Below are positions 63,469 to 64,000 of a stretch of 64,000 nt of DNA, in pieces. The first letter of the stretch is position 1, and each line of letters begins with the position of its first letter. Source of the stretch: a virus. Location: positions 1-64,000 of IMG/VR virus record IMGVR_UViG_3300035180_002703. One strand, given 5' to 3'. Below the pieces are notes generated by a model. It made no database searches and was not told the DNA's origin. It worked only from the letters and a program-made list of their open reading frames with translations. A program made the position numbers and the translations under genes.

Positions 63469-64000
63469 ATGGACTCGGACGATGTGCAAAAAGCTTTGGA
63501 GCAGCACGATCTGTGGCTGCACAACGGAGTTGGGGGACGTCGCGCGAACCTGGCTGGAGCATGCCTGTCGGATATGTTCCTGATGCAGGTCAATCTGAGG
63601 GGCGCTAACCTCGCCGGAGCGAGTTTCTCGGGCGCGATCTTGAATGGGGCTGACTTGTCGTATGCGAACCTCGCGGATGCGGACTTTCAGCATGCCAAGA
63701 TGGGGCGGGCCACTCTGGCCGGGGCTATCCTGGCACGAGCCAATTTCGCTGATGCTGACCTATCGGATGCTAATCTGAACCAGGCAAACCTGGCTGGGGC
63801 CAGCTTCAAGCGTGCTCAGTTGACGCACGTCACATGCTGGGGCGTGATTATGGCGAACGTCAATCTTGAGCACGCAGCCGATATCCCGGAGCACATGCGG
63901 ATTTTGTCTTCTATTGTGCCGCCAGATGGCCCGTTCGAGATGTGGCAACGATGTGCCAACAACGTTTACGTGCGGTTCAGGGTCCCCAGCGATGCAAAGC
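63469..64000 (+). CDS. Pentapeptide-repeat protein with DUF5758-like domain (runs off the window)
   Basis: LEQHDLWL..GGRRANL, ANLxx repeats, IVP..G.FEMW.RC. Confidence 0.85.
   Translation, partial: MDSDDVQKALEQHDLWLHNGVGGRRANLAGACLSDMFLMQVNLRGANLAGASFSGAILNGADLSYANLADADFQHAKMGRATLAGAILARANFADADLSDANLNQANLAGASFKRAQLTHVTCWGVIMANVNLEHAADIPEHMRILSSIVPPDGPFEMWQRCANNVYVRFRVPSDAK

Noticed and set aside
1-64000. Prophage boundaries or att site at the tRNA
   Set aside because: No integrase or host genes; phage structural genes flank the tRNA locus on both sides

Overview
A 64-kb segment of a GC-rich tailed dsDNA bacteriophage genome, almost entirely encoded on the + strand. No host genes, integrase, capsid gene or DNA polymerase are recognisable. 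Order: head-tail/tail genes interleaved with glycosyltransferases and a tRNA-Gln locus (1-9.4 kb); a small leftward XRE unit and a repeat-containing DNA adenine methyltransferase (10-12.4 kb); a subtilase / GT2 / GT9 / radical-SAM / HAD cluster (12.5-19.9 kb); tail hub, lysis and tail-spike/fibre genes (19.9-29.3 kb); a long early region driven by many consensus sigma70 promoters, with a beta sliding clamp, pentapeptide-repeat proteins, several paralogue families, an SSAP, an initiator with an internal origin and DnaB (29.4-53.5 kb); a 3-kb non-coding low-complexity array (53.7-56.6 kb); then terS, terL, an ECF-like sigma factor and portal. The most striking unexplained signal is an RNA-level layer. 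A covarying 31-40 nt structured motif occurs 13 times directly before ribosome-binding sites of early genes. It sits just after a promoter in 7 cases and just after one of two type II hammerhead ribozymes in 2 cases. A second conserved two-hairpin leader precedes the portal and tail-tube genes, and two anticodon-less tRNA-like copies precede the intact tRNA-Gln. All calls come from reading the sequence by eye; no searches or folding programs were run.
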